Positions 1 to 13,900 of a DNA stretch of 64,000 nt are shown here, in pieces. The stretch's first letter is position 1. Each line of letters opens with the position of its first letter. The position numbers and the translations under genes were made by a program. A model generated the notes under the pieces. The model did not search any database. It saw only the letters and a program-made list of their open reading frames with translations, and was not told the DNA's origin. The DNA is from Mobula hypostoma (lineage: Eukaryota). The stretch covers positions 256,372,001 to 256,436,000 of the forward strand of contig NC_086097.1 of assembly GCF_963921235.1 (NCBI RefSeq), written 5' to 3'.

Positions 1-2721
1 TTTCAGGGCAGGAGTTTCAGGGTAGGAGTTTCAATGGTCGACTCTGAGGGCTGGAGTTTGAGGGCAGGAGGTTCAGAGTAGGAGTTTCAGTGCAGCGGTT
101 GCACGGCAGGAGTTTCAGGAGTCCAGTTTCAGGGCAGGAGTATCAGGGAATGAGTTTCAATACAGGAGATTCATGGGAGAGGTTTCAGGGCTGATGTTTA
201 AGGACAGGAGTTTCAGGGGTCGAGTTTCAGGGCTAGTGTTTCAACGCAGGAGGTTCAGGGCAGCAGTTTCAGGACAGGCGTTTCAGTGGTCGATTCCAAG
301 GCAGGAGTTTCAGAGGTCGAGTTTCAGGGCAGGAGTTTCAGGGTTCGAGTATCAGGGCAGGAGTTTCAGGGAAGACGTTTCAGGGCAGGTGTTTCAGGGC
401 AGGAGCTTCAGAGTAGGAGTTTCAATGCAGGAGTTGCAGGGCAGGAGTTTCAGGCGTCCAGTTTCAGGGCAGGAGTATCAGGGAAGGAGTTTCAATGCAG
501 GTGATTCAGGGTAGCAGTTTCAGGGCTGGCAGTTAAGGGCAGGAGTTGCAGGGGTCAAATTTCTGGGCAGGTGTTTCAGGGCTGGAGTTTCAGGGGTCGA
601 GTTTCAGGGCAGGAGATTGAGGGCAGGATATTCAGGGCAGGAGTTATATGCAGGAGTTTCAGGTTAGGACTTATAGGGCTGTAATTTAAGTGTAGGAGTT
701 TCAGAGGTCGAGTTTCATGGCAGGCGTCTTTGGTGTCGAGCTACAGGTCAGGGGTTTCAGGGAAGGAGATTCAGGGCAGGGGTTTCATAGGTCGCGTTTC
801 AGTGCAGGAGTTTCAAGTCTCGGGTTTCAGGGCATGAATTTCAGTATAGGAGTTTCAGGGGTCGAGTTTCAAGGCAGGAGTTACAGGGGTCGAGTTTCAA
901 GGCAGGAGTTTTAGTGCAGGAGTTTCAAGGCAGGACTTTCAGTGCAGGAATTTCAGGCATGGGTTTCAATGCAGGAGTTTCAGGGCATGAGTTTCAGGGC
1001 AGAGTTTGCGAGCTGGAGTATCAGGGGTCGAGTTTCAGGTCTGTATTTTCAGTGGTCGAATTTCAGGGCAGGAGTTTCAGGGTAGGAGATTCAATGGTCG
1101 AGATTCATTCCAGGAGTTTCAGTGCAGGAGTTTTGGGGCATGAGTTCCAGGGCAGGAATTTCAGTGTATGAGTTTCCTGGGTCGAGTTTCAGGGCAGGGG
1201 TTTCAAGTCACGGGTTTCAGGGCATGAATTTCAGTATAGGAGTTTCAGGGGTCGAGTTTCAAGGCAGGAGTTACAGGGGTCGAGTTTCAAGGCAGGAGTT
1301 TCAGGGCAGGAGTTTTAGTGCAGGAGTTTCAAGGCAGGACTTTCAGTGCAGCAATTTCAGGCATGGGTTTCAATGCAGGAGTTTCAGGGCAGAGTTTGCG
1401 AGCTGGAGTATCAGGGGTCTGTATTTTCAGTGGTCGAATTTCAGGGCAGGAGTTTCAGTGCAGGAGTTTTGGGGCATGAGTTCCAGGGCAGGAATTTCAG
1501 TGTATGAGTTTCCTGGGTCGAGTTTCAGGGCAGGAGTTTCAAGGCAAGGGCTTCAGGGTATGAGGTTCCGAGTAGAAGTTTCATGAGTCGAGTTTCAGGG
1601 CAGAAGTTTCAAGGCTGGGGTATCAGGGAAGGAGGTTCAGGGTAGGACTTTCATATATCGAGTTTCAGGGCAGGATTTCAGAGCAGGAGATTCAAGGCAG
1701 GAGTTTCAGGGGCGAGTTTCAGCGCAGGAGTTTCAAGGCAAGGGTTTCAGTGCATGAGTTTCAGAGTAGGAGTTTAGGGCACGTGTTTCAGAAATCGTGT
1801 TTCAGTGCAGGAGTTTTAGGGCAGCAGTTACGGGGTTGGTGTTTCAGAGGTTGAGTTTCAGAGCAGGAGATTCAAGGAAGGAGTTTCATTGCAGGGGTTT
1901 CAGGGCAGTTGTTTCAGGGGTTGAGTTTCAGGGCAGGAGTTTCAGGGGTAGGGTTTCAGGGCTGGAGATTATGGGCAGCAGATTCAGGGCAGGAGTTACA
2001 GGGGACCAGTTTCATGCCTGGTGTTTCAGGGCAGGGGATTCAAGGGAAGGATTTTCAGGGCAGGATTTTCAGGGGACGAGTTCCAAGCAAGCAGTTTCAG
2101 AGGTCGAGTGTCAAGGCAGGCATTTCAGGGCAGTTGGTACACGACAGGAGGTTCATGGGTCAAGTTTCAGGGCAGGCGATTCAATGGTCGAGCTGCGGGC
2201 CAGGGATTTCAGGGCAGGAGTATCAGGACAGGAGTTTCAGAGTAGGAGTTTTAGGGCAGGAGTTTCAAGGCAGGAGTATCAGTGGACGAGTTTCAGGCCA
2301 GGAGTTTCAGAGCAGGAGATTCAGGACAGCAGATAGGGAACGAGTTTCAAGGATCTAGTATCAGGGCTGGAGATTCAGGGGTCGAGTTTCAGGGCAGGAG
2401 TTTCAGAGGTCGAGTTTCAGGGCAGCAGTTTCAGGGTTCGAGTATCAGGGAAGGAGTTTCAGGTCAGACGCTACAGGGCAGGTGGTTCAGGGCAAGAGAT
2501 TCAATAGTCGAGGTTCAGGCCCGGAATTTCTGTGCAGAAGTTTCAGGTTAGGAGTTAGGCTGCAGGAATTTCACGGCAGTCGTTTTATTGCAGGAGTGTC
2601 AGGTCAGGAGTTTTGGGTGTCGACTTTCAGGGCAGCAGTTTCAGGGGACCAGTTTCTGGGCAGGTGTTTCAGGGCAGAGTTTGCGAGCTGGAGTATCAGG
2701 GGTCGAGTTTCAGGTCTGTAT
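1..2721 (+). repeat. Higher-order repeat unit A (2721 bp), first visible copy
   Basis: The sequence at position 1 recurs at 7941, and related starts occur at 2722, 10662, 13383 and 16118. ORF-track paralogues 173/8113, 717/8657 and 2482/10422 are offset by 7940. Confidence 0.9.
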
Positions 2722-3705
2722 TTTCAGGGCAGGAGTTTCAGGGTGGGAGTTTCAATGGTTGACTCTGAGGGCTGGAGTTTGAGGGCAGGAGGTTTAGAGT
2801 AGGAGTTTCAGTGCAGGAGTTGCACGACAGGAGTTTCAGGAGTCCAGTTTCAGGGCAGGAGTATCAGGGAATGAGTTTCAATACAGGAGATTCATGGCAA
2901 AAGTTTCAGGGCTGATGTTTAAGGACTGGAGTTTCAGGGGTCGAGTATCAGGGCTAGTGTTTCAACGCAGGAGATTCAGGGCAGCAGTTTCAGGACAGGG
3001 GTTTCAGTGGTCGATTCCAAGGCAGGAGTTTCAGAGGTCGAGTTTCAGGGCAGGAGTTTCAGGGTTCGAGTATCAGGGAAGGAGTTTCAGGTCAGACGCT
3101 ACAGGGCAGGTGGTTCAGGGCAAGAGATTCAATAGTCGAGGTTCAGGCCCGGAATTTCTGTGCAGAAGTTTCAGGTTAGGAGTTAGGCTGCAGGAATTTC
3201 ACGGCAGTCGTTTTATTGCAGGAGTGTCAGGTCAGGAGTTTTGGGTGTTGACTTTCAGGGCAGCAGTTTCAGGGGACCAGTTTCTGGGCAGGTGTTTCAG
3301 GGCAGAGTTTGCGAGCTGGAGTATCAGGGGTCGAGTTTCAGGTCTGTATTTTCAGGGCAGGAGTTTCAGGGTGGGAGTTTCAATGGTTGACTCTGAGGGC
3401 TGGAGTTTGAGGGCAGGAGGTTTAGAGTAGGAGTTTCAGTGCAGGAGTTGCACGACAGGAGTTTCAGGAGTCCAGTTTCAGGGCAGGAGTATCAGGGAAT
3501 GAGTTTCAATACAGGAGATTCATGGCAAAAGTTTCAGGGCTGATGTTTAAGGACTGGAGTTTCAGGGGTCGAGTATCAGGGCTAGTGTTTCAACGCAGGA
3601 GATTCAGGGCAGCAGTTTCAGGACAGGGGTTTCAGTGGTCGATTCCAAGGCAGGAGTTTCAGAGGTCGAGTTTCAGGGCAGGAGTTTCAGGGTTCGAGTA
3701 TCAGG
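2430..3705 (+). repeat. 628-bp tandem duplication inside the satellite (copy set 1); boundaries approximate
   Basis: The marker GGTCAGACGCTACAGGG occurs twice, 628 bp apart, and ORFs 2894 and 3522 start identically (offset 628). Confidence 0.88.
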
Positions 3706-6700
3706 GCAGGAGTTCAGCTAAGACGTTTCAGCGCAGGTGGTTCAGGGCAAGAGATTCAATGGTCGAGCTTCAGGCCTGGAATTTCTGGGCAGGAGTTTCA
3801 GGGGACCCGTTTCAGGGCAGGAGCTTCAGAGTAGGAGTTTCAATGCAGGAGTTGCAGGGCAGGAGTTTCAGGCGTCCAGTTTCAGGGCAGGAGTATCAGG
3901 GAAGGAGTTTCAATGCAGGTGATTCAGGGTAGCAGTTTCAGGGCTGGCAGTTAAGGGCAGGAGTTGCAGGGGTCAAATTTCTGGGCAGGTGTTTCAGGGC
4001 TGGAGTTTCAGGGGTCGAGTTTCAGGGCAGGCATTTCAGTGCAGGAGTTTCAGGGGTCGAGTTTCAGGGCAGGAGATTGAGGGCAGGATATTCAGGGCAG
4101 GAGTTATATGCAGGAGTTTCAGGTTAGGACTTATAGGGCTGTAATTTAAGTGTAGGAGTTTCAGAGGTCGAGTTTCATGGCAGGCGTTTTTGGTGTCTAG
4201 TTACAGGTCAGGGGTTTCAGGGAAGGAGATTCAGGGCAGGGGTTTCATGGGTCGCGTTTCAGTGCAGGAGTTTCAAGTCACGGGTTTCAGGGCATGAATT
4301 TCAGTATAGGAGTTTCAGGGGTCGAGTTTCAAGGCAGGAGTTACAGGGGTCGAGTTTCAAGGCAGGAGTTTTAGTGCAGGAATTTCAAGGCAGGACTTTC
4401 AGTGCAGGAATTTCAGGCATGGGTTTCAATGCAGGAGTTTCAGGGCATGAGTTTCAGGGCAGGAATTTCAGTGTACGAGTTTCACGGGTCGAGTTTCAGG
4501 GCAGGAGATTCAATGGTCGTGATTCAGGCCAGGAGTTTCAGTGCAGGAGTTTTGGGGCATGAGTTCCAGGGCAGGAATTTCAGTGCATGAGTTTCCTGGG
4601 TCGAGTTACAGGGCAGGAGTTTCAAGGCAAGGGCTTCAGGGTATGAGGTTCCGAGTAGAAGTTTCATGAGTCGAGTTTCAGGGCAGGAGTTTCAAGGCAG
4701 AAGTTTCAAGGCTGGTGTATCAGGGAAGGAGGTTCAGGGTAGGACTTTAAGATATCGAGTATCAGGGTAGGATTTTCAGAGCAGGAGATTCAAGGCAGGA
4801 GTTTCAGGGGTCTAGTTTCAGCACAGGAGTTTCAAGGCAGGGGTTTCAGTGCATGAGTTTCAGAGTAGGAGTTTAGGGCACGTCTTTCAGAAATCGTGTT
4901 TCAGTGCGGGAGTTTTAGGGCAGCAGTTACGGGGTTGGTGTTTCAGAGGTTGAGTTTCCGAGCAGGAGATTCAAGGAAGGAGTTTCTTTGCAGGGTTTTC
5001 AGGGCAGCTGTTTCAGGGGTTGAGTTTCAGGGGTTGAGTTTCAGGGCAGGAGTTTCAGTGGTAGGGTTTCAGGGCTGGAGATTATGGGCAGCAGATTCAG
5101 GGCAGGAGTTACAGGGGACCAGTTTCAGGCCTGGTGTTTCAGGGTAGGGGATTCAAGGGAAGGAGTTTCAGGACAGGAGTTTCAGGACAGGATTTTCAGG
5201 GGATGAGTTCCAAGCCAGCAGTTTCAGAGGTCGAGTGTCAAGGCAGGCATTTCAGGGCAGTTGTTACACGGCAGGAGGTTCAGGGGTCAAGTTTCAGGGC
5301 AGGCGATTCAATGGTCGAGCTGCAGGCAGGGGCTTCAGGGCAGGAGTATCAGGACAGGAGTTTCAGAGTAGGAGTTTCAGTGCAGGAGTTTCACGGCAGG
5401 CGTTGCAGGGCAGGAGTTTCAGGCCAGGAGTTTCTGAGCAGGAGATTCAGGACAGCAGATAGGGAACGAGTTTCAAGGATCTAGTATCAGGGCTGGAGTT
5501 TCAGGGGTCGAGTTTCAGAGCAGGAGTTTCAGAGGTCGAGTTTCAGGGCAGCAGTTTCAGGGTTCGAGTATCAGGGAAGGAGTTTCAGGTAAGACGCTTC
5601 AGGCAGGTGGTTCAGGGCAAGAGATTCAATGGTCGAGCTTCAGGCCTGGAATTTCTGGCTAGAAGTTTCAGGTTAGGAGTTTCAGGGCAGGGGTTTCAGA
5701 GTAGGAGTTAGACTGCAGGAGTTTCACGGCAGTCGTTTTATTGCAGGAGTGTCAGGTCAGGAGTTTTGGGTGTCGAGTTTCAGGGCAGGAGTTTCAGAGC
5801 AAGCGTTTCAGGGCAGTGATTCAGGGGACCAGTTTCAAGGCAGGTGTTTCAGGGCAGAGATTGCGAGCTGGAGTATCAGGAGTCGAGTTTCAGGTCTGTA
5901 TTTTCAGGGGTCGAATTTCAGGGCAGGAGTTTCCATGGTCGACTTTGAGGGCCGGAGTTTGAGGGCAGCAGGTTCAGTTCAGGAGTATGACGGAATGAGT
6001 TTCAATACAGGAGACTCAGGGCAGAAATTTCAGGGCTGGTGTATAATGACAGGAGTTTCAAGGGTCAAGTTTCAGGACTGGTGTTTCAACGCAGGAGATT
6101 CAGGGCAGGAGTTTCAGGACAGGAGTTTCAGGGGTTGAGTTCCAAGGCAGGACTTTCAGAGGTCGAATTTCAGGGCAGCAGTTTCAGCGTTCGAGTATCA
6201 GGCAACGAGTTTCAGGGCAGGAGTTTCAGGGGTAGGGTTTCAGGGCTGGAGATTATGGGCAGCAGATTCAGCGCAGGAGTTACAGGGGACCAGTTTCAGG
6301 GCTGGTGTTTCAGGGCAGGGGATTCATGGCAGGAGTTTTAGGACAGTAGTTTCGGTGGACGAGTTTCAGGCCAGGAGTTTCTGAGCAGGAGATTCAGGAC
6401 AGCAGATAGGGAATGAGTTTCAAGGATCTCGTATCAGGGCTGGAGTTTCAGGGGTCGAGTTTCAGGGCAGGCATTTCAGTGCAGAGATTTCAGGGCACGG
6501 GGCTCAGGGCAGGAGTTTCAGGGGTCGAGTTTGAGGGCAGGGGATTCAGGGGTCTAGTTTCATGGCAGGAATTTCAGGGCAGGGTTTTCGAGCTGGAGTA
6601 TCAGGGGTCGAGTTTCAGGTCTGTATTTTCAGGGGTCGAATTTCAGGGCAGGAGTTTCAGGGTAGGAGTTTCAGTGGTCGACTTTGAGGGCAGTAGTTTG

Positions 6701-7650
6701 AGGGCAGAAGGTTCAGCTCAGAAGAATCAGGGAATGAGTTTCAATGCGGGAGATTCAGGGCAGAAGTTTCTGGGCTGGTGATTAAGGACAGGAGTTTCAG
6801 GAGTCGAGTTTCAGGGCTGGTGAGTGCAGGCAGGAGATTCAAGGCAGTAGTTTAAGGACAGGAGTTTCAGGGCTGGTGTTTCAATGCCGGCGATGCAGGG
6901 CAGGAGATTCAGGACAGGGGTTTCAGGGGTCGAATTCCAAGACAGGAGTTTCAGCGGTCGCGTTTCAGGTCAGCAGGTTCAGGGTTCAAGTATCAGGGAA
7001 GGAGTTTCAGTCAAGACGCTTCAGGGCAGCTGCTTCAGGGCAAGAGATTCAATGGTCGAGCTTCAGGCCTGGAATTTCAGGGCAGGACTTTCAGGGTAGG
7101 AGTTTCAGGACAGGAGTTTCAGAGTAGGAGTTAATCTGCAGGAGTTTCACGGCAGTCGTTTTATTGCAGGAGTGTCAGGTCAGGAGTTTTGGGTGTCGAG
7201 TTTCAGGGTAGGAGTTTCAGTGCAGGAGTGTCAGGGGACCAATTTCAGGGCACGGGTGTTTCAGGGCAGAGTTTGCGAGCTGGAGTATCAGGGGTCAAAT
7301 TTCAGGTCTGTATTTTCAGGGTCGAATTTCAGGGCAGGAGTTTCTGAGCAGGAGATTCAGGACAGCAGATTCAGGAATGAGTTTCAAGGTTCTAGTATCA
7401 GGGCAGGAGTTTCAGGGGTCGAGTTTGAGGGCAGGGGAATCAGGGGTCTAGTTTCATGGCAGGAATTTCAGGGCAGGACTTTTCGAACTGGAGTATCAGG
7501 GGTCTGTATTTTCAGGGGTCGAATTTTAGGGCAGGAGTTTCAGGGTAGGAGTTTCAGTGGTCGACTTTCAGGGCAGTAGTTTGAGGGCAGGAGGTTCAGC
7601 TCAGGAGAATCAGGGAATGAGTTTCACTGCAGGAGATTCAGGGCAGAAGT

Positions 7651-7734
7651 TTCTGGGCTGGTAATTAAGGACAGGAGTTTCAGGAGACGAGTTTCTGGGC
7701 TGGTAATTAAGGACAGGAGTTTCAGGAGACGAGT
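7651..7734 (+). repeat. 42-bp (three-monomer) tandem duplication
   Basis: TTCTGGGCTGGTAATTAAGGACAGGAGTTTCAGGAGACGAGT starts at 7651 and again at 7693. The paralogous site near 22064-22105 has a single copy. Confidence 0.9.
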
Positions 7735-7940
7735 TTCAGGGCTGGTGTGTCCTGGCAGGAGATTCAAGGCAGGAGTTTCAGGGCAGGAGTTTCAGGGGTC
7801 GTTACACGGCAGTCGTTTTATTGCAGGCATGTCAAGTCAGGAATTTTGGGTGTCGAGTTTCAGGGGACCAGTTTCAGGGCAGGTGTTTCAGGGCAGAGTT
7901 TGCGAGCTGGAGTATCAGGGGTCGAGTTTCAGGTCTGTTT

Positions 7941-10900
7941 TTTCAGGGCAGGAGTTTCAGGGTAGGAGTTTCAATGGTCGACTCTGAGGGCTGGAGTTTG
8001 AGGGCAGGAGGTTCAGAGTAGGAGTTTCAGTGCAGCGGTTGCACGGCAGGAGTTTCAGGAGTCCAGTTTCAGGGCAGGAGTATCAGGGAATGAGTTTCAA
8101 TACAGGAGATTCATGGGAGAGGTTTCAGGGCTGATGTTTAAGGACAGGAGTTTCAGGGGTCGAGTTTCAGGGCTAGTGTTTCAACGCAGGAGGTTCAGGG
8201 CAGCAGTTTCAGGACAGGCGTTTCAGTGGTCGATTCCAAGGCAGGAGTTTCAGAGGTCGAGTTTCAGGGCAGGAGTTTCAGGGTTCGAGTATCAGGGCAG
8301 GAGTTTCAGCGAAGACGTTTCAGGGCAGGTGTTTCAGGGCAGGAGCTTCAGAGTAGGAGTTTCAATGCAGGAGTTGCAGGGCAGGAGTTTCAGGCGTCCA
8401 GTTTCAGGGCAGGAGTATCAGGGAAGGAGTTTCAATGCAGGTGATTCAGGGTAGCAGTTTCAGGGCTGGCAGTTAAGGGCAGGAGTTGCAGGGGTCAAAT
8501 TTCTGGGCAGGTGTTTCAGGGCTGGAGTTTCAGGGGTCGAGTTTCAGGGCAGGAGATTGAGGGCAGGATATTCAGGGCAGGAGTTATATGCAGGAGTTTC
8601 AGGTTAGGACTTATAGGGCTGTAATTTAAGTGTAGGAGTTTCAGAGGTCGAGTTTCATGGCAGGCGTCTTTGGTGTCGAGCTACAGGTCAGGGGTTTCAG
8701 GGAAGGAGATTCAGGGCAGGGGTTTCATAGGTCGCGTTTCAGTGCAGGAGTTTCAAGTCTCGGGTTTCAGGGCATGAATTTCAGTATAGGAGTTTCAGGG
8801 GTCGAGTTTCAAGGCAGGAGTTACAGGGGTCGAGTTTCAAGGCAGGAGTTTCAGGGCAGGAGTTTTAGTGCAGGAGTTTCAAGGCAGGACTTTCAGTGCA
8901 GGAATTTCAGGCATGGGTTTCAATGCAGGAGTTTCAGGGCATGAGTTTCAGGGCAGAGTTTGCGAGCTGGAGTATCAGGGGTCGAGTTTCAGGTCTGTAT
9001 TTTCAGTGGTCGAATTTCAGGGCAGGAGTTTCAGGGTAGGAGATTCAATGGTCGAGATTCATTCCAGGAGTTTCAGTGCAGGAGTTTTGGGGCATGAGTT
9101 CCAGGGCAGGAATTTCAGTGTATGAGTTTCCTGGGTCGAGTTTCAGGGCAGGGGTTTCAAGTCACGGGTTTCAGGGCATGAATTTCAGTATAGGAGTTTC
9201 AGGGGTCGAGTTTCAAGGCAGGAGTTACAGGGGTCGAGTTTCAAGGCAGGAGTTTCAGGGCAGGAGTTTTAGTGCAGGAGTTTCAAGGCAGGACTTTCAG
9301 TGCAGCAATTTCAGGCATGGGTTTCAATGCAGGAGTTTCAGGGCAGAGTTTGCGAGCTGGAGTATCAGGGGTCTGTATTTTCAGTGGTCGAATTTCAGGG
9401 CAGGAGTTTCAGTGCAGGAGTTTTGGGGCATGAGTTCCAGGGCAGGAATTTCAGTGTATGAGTTTCCTGGGTCGAGTTTCAGGGCAGGAGTTTCAAGGCA
9501 AGGGCTTCAGGGTATGAGGTTCCGAGTAGAAGTTTCATGAGTCGAGTTTCAGGGCAGAAGTTTCAAGGCTGGGGTATCAGGGAAGGAGGTTCAGGGTAGG
9601 ACTTTCATATATCGAGTTTCAGGGCAGGATTTCAGAGCAGGAGATTCAAGGCAGGAGTTTCAGGGGCGAGTTTCAGCGCAGGAGTTTCAAGGCAAGGGTT
9701 TCAGTGCATGAGTTTCAGAGTAGGAGTTTAGGGCACGTGTTTCAGAAATCGTGTTTCAGTGCAGGAGTTTTAGGGCAGCAGTTACGGGGTTGGTGTTTCA
9801 GAGGTTGAGTTTCAGAGCAGGAGATTCAAGGAAGGAGTTTCATTGCAGGGGTTTCAGGGCAGTTGTTTCAGGGGTTGAGTTTCAGGGCAGGAGTTTCAGG
9901 GGTAGGGTTTCAGGGCTGGAGATTATGGGCAGCAGATTCAGGGCAGGAGTTACAGGGGACCAGTTTCAGGCCTGGTGTTTCAGGGCAGGGGATTCAAGGG
10001 AAGGATTTTCAGGGCAGGATTTTCAGGGGACGAGTTCCAAGCAAGCAGTTTCAGAGGTCGAGTGTCAAGGCAGGCATTTCAGGGCAGTTGGTACACGACA
10101 GGAGGTTCATGGGTCAAGTTTCAGGGCAGGCGATTCAATGGTCGAGCTGCGGGCCAGGGATTTCAGGGCAGGAGTATCAGGACAGGAGTTTCAGAGTAGG
10201 AGTTTTAGGGCAGGAGTTTCAAGGCAGGAGTATCAGTGGACGAGTTTCAGAGCAGGAGATTCAGGACAGCAGATAGGGAACGAGTTTCAAGGATCTAGTA
10301 TCAGGGCTGGAGATTCAGGGGTCGAGTTTCAGGGCAGGAGTTTCAGAGGTCGAGTTTCAGGGCAGCAGTTTCAGGGTTCGAGTATCAGGGAAGGAGTTTC
10401 AGGTCAGACGCTACAGGGCAGGTGGTTCAGGGCAAGAGATTCAATAGTCGAGGTTCAGGCCCGGAATTTCTGTGCAGAAGTTTCAGGTTAGGAGTTAGGC
10501 TGCAGGAATTTCACGGCAGTCGTTTTATTGCAGGAGTGTCAGGTCAGGAGTTTTGGGTGTCGACTTTCAGGGCAGCAGTTTCAGGGGACCAGTTTCTGGG
10601 CAGGTGTTTCAGGGCAGAGTTTGCGAGCTGGAGTATCAGGGGTCGAGTTTCAGGTCTGTATTTTCAGGGCAGGAGTTTCAGGGTGGGAGTTTCAATGGTT
10701 GACTCTGAGGGCTGGAGTTTGAGGGCAGGAGGTTTAGAGTAGGAGTTTCAGTGCAGGAGTTGCACGACAGGAGTTTCAGGAGTCCAGTTTCAGGGCAGGA
10801 GTATCAGGGAATGAGTTTCAATACAGGAGATTCATGGCAAAAGTTTCAGGGCTGATGTTTAAGGACTGGAGTTTCAGGGGTCGAGTATCAGGGCTAGTGT

Positions 10901-13900
10901 TTCAACGCAGGAGATTCAGGGCAGCAGTTTCAGGACAGGCGTTTCAGTGGTCGATTCCAAGGCAGGAGTTTCAGAGGTCGAGTTTCAGGGCAGGAGTTTC
11001 AGGGTTCGAGTATCAGGGCAGGAGTTTCAGCGAAGACGTTTCAGGGCAGGTGTTTCAGGGCAGGAGCTTCAGAGTAGGAGTTTCAATGCAGGAGTTGCAG
11101 GGCAGGAGTTTCAGGCGTCCAGTTTCAGGGCAGGAGTATCAGGGAAGGAGTTTCAATGCAGGTGATTCAGGGTAGCAGTTTCAGGGCTGGCAGTTAAGGG
11201 CAGGAGTTGCAGGGGTCAAATTTCTGGGCAGGTGTTTCAGGGCTGGAGTTTCAGGGGTCGAGTTTCAGGGCAGGAGATTGAGGGCAGGATATTCAGGGCA
11301 GGAGTTATATGCAGGAGTTTCAGGTTAGGACTTATAGGGCTGTAATTTAAGTGTAGGAGTTTCAGAGGTCGAGTTTCATGGCAGGCGTCTTTGGTGTCGA
11401 GCTACAGGTCAGGGGTTTCAGGGAAGGAGATTCAGGGCAGGGGTTTCATAGGTCGCGTTTCAGTGCAGGAGTTTCAAGTCTCGGGTTTCAGGGCATGAAT
11501 TTCAGTATAGGAGTTTCAGGGGTCGAGTTTCAAGGCAGGAGTTACAGGGGTCGAGTTTCAAGGCAGGAGTTTCAGGGCAGGAGTTTTAGTGCAGGAGTTT
11601 CAAGGCAGGACTTTCAGTGCAGGAATTTCAGGCATGGGTTTCAATGCAGGAGTTTCAGGGCATGAGTTTCAGGGCAGAGTTTGCGAGCTGGAGTATCAGG
11701 GGTCGAGTTTCAGGTCTGTATTTTCAGTGGTCGAATTTCAGGGCAGGAGTTTCAGGGTAGGAGATTCAATGGTCGTGATTCATTCCAGGAGTTTCAGTGC
11801 AGGAGTTTTGGGGCATGAGTTCCAGGGCAGGAATTTCAGTGTATGAGTTTCCTGGGTCGAGTTTCAGGGCAGGGGTTTCAAGTCACGGGTTTCAGGGCAT
11901 GAATTTCAGTATAGGAGTTTCAGGGGTCGAGTTTCAAGGCAGGAGTTACAGGGGTCGAGTTTCAAGGCAGGAGTTTCAGGGCAGGAGTTTTAGTGCAGGA
12001 GTTTCAAGGCAGGACTTTCAGTGCAGCAATTTCAGGCATGGGTTTCAATGCAGGAGTTTCAGGGCAGAGTTTGCGAGCTGGAGTATCAGGGGTCTGTATT
12101 TTCAGTGGTCGAATTTCAGGGCAGGAGTTTCAGTGCAGGAGTTTTGGGGCATGAGTTCCAGGGCAGGAATTTCAGTGTATGAGTTTCCTGGGTCGAGTTT
12201 CAGGGCAGGAGTTTCAAGGCAAGGGCTTCAGGGTATGAGGTTCCGAGTAGAAGTTTCATGAGTCGAGTTTCAGGGCAGAAGTTTCAAGGCTGGGGTATCA
12301 GGGAAGGAGGTTCAGGGTAGGACTTTCATATATCGAGTTTCAGGGCAGGATTTCAGAGCAGGAGATTCAAGGCAGGAGTTTCAGGGGCGAGTTTCAGCGC
12401 AGGAGTTTCAAGGCAAGGGTTTCAGTGCATGAGTTTCAGAGTAGGAGTTTAGGGCACGTGTTTCAGAAATCGTGTTTCAGTGCAGGAGTTTTAGGGCAGC
12501 AGTTACGGGGTTGGTGTTTCAGAGGTTGAGTTTCAGAGCAGGAGATTCAAGGAAGGAGTTTCATTGCAGGGGTTTCAGGGCAGTTGTTTCAGGGGTTGAG
12601 TTTCAGGGCAGGAGTTTCAGGGGTAGGGTTTCAGGGCTGGAGATTATGGGCAGCAGATTCAGGGCAGGAGTTACAGGGGACCAGTTTCAGGCCTGGTGTT
12701 TCAGGGCAGGGGATTCAAGGGAAGGATTTTCAGGGCAGGATTTTCAGGGGACGAGTTCCAAGCAAGCAGTTTCAGAGGTCGAGTGTCAAGGCAGGCATTT
12801 CAGGGCAGTTGGTACACGACAGGAGGTTCATGGGTCAAGTTTCAGGGCAGGCGATTCAATGGTCGAGCTGCGGGCCAGGGATTTCAGGGCAGGAGTATCA
12901 GGACAGGAGTTTCAGAGTAGGAGTTTTAGGGCAGGAGTTTCAAGGCAGGAGTATCAGTGGACGAGTTTCAGAGCAGGAGATTCAGGACAGCAGATAGGGA
13001 ACGAGTTTCAAGGATCTAGTATCAGGGCTGGAGATTCAGGGGTCGAGTTTCAGGGCAGGAGTTTCAGAGGTCGAGTTTCAGGGCAGCAGTTTCAGGGTTC
13101 GAGTATCAGGGAAGGAGTTTCAGGTCAGACGCTACAGGGCAGGTGGTTCAGGGCAAGAGATTCAATAGTCGAGGTTCAGGCCCGGAATTTCTGTGCAGAA
13201 GTTTCAGGTTAGGAGTTAGGCTGCAGGAATTTCACGGCAGTCGTTTTATTGCAGGAGTGTCAGGTCAGGAGTTTTGGGTGTCGACTTTCAGGGCAGCAGT
13301 TTCAGGGGACCAGTTTCTGGGCAGGTGTTTCAGGGCAGAGTTTGCGAGCTGGAGTATCAGGGGTCGAGTTTCAGGTCTGTATTTTCAGGGCAGGAGTTTC
13401 AGGGTGGGAGTTTCAATGGTTGACTCTGAGGGCTGGAGTTTGAGGGCAGGAGGTTTAGAGTAGGAGTTTCAGTGCAGGAGTTGCACGACAGGAGTTTCAG
13501 GAGTCCAGTTTCAGGGCAGGAGTATCAGGGAATGAGTTTCAATACAGGAGATTCATGGCAAAAGTTTCAGGGCTGATGTTTAAGGACTGGAGTTTCAGGA
13601 GTCGAGTATCAGGGCTAGTGTTTCAACGCAGGAGATTCAGGGCAGCAGTTTCAGGACAGGCGTTTCAGTGGTCGATTCCAAGGCAGGAGTTTCAGAGGTC
13701 GAGTTTCAGGGCAGGAGTTTCAGGGTTCGAGTATCAGGGCAGGAGTTTCAGCGAAGACGTTTCAGGGCAGGTGTTTCAGGGCAGGAGCTTCAGAGTAGGA
13801 GTTTCAATGCAGGAGTTGCAGGGCAGGAGTTTCAGGCGTCCAGTTTCAGGGCAGGAGTATCAGGGAAGGAGTTTCAATGCAGGTGATTCAGGGTAGCAGT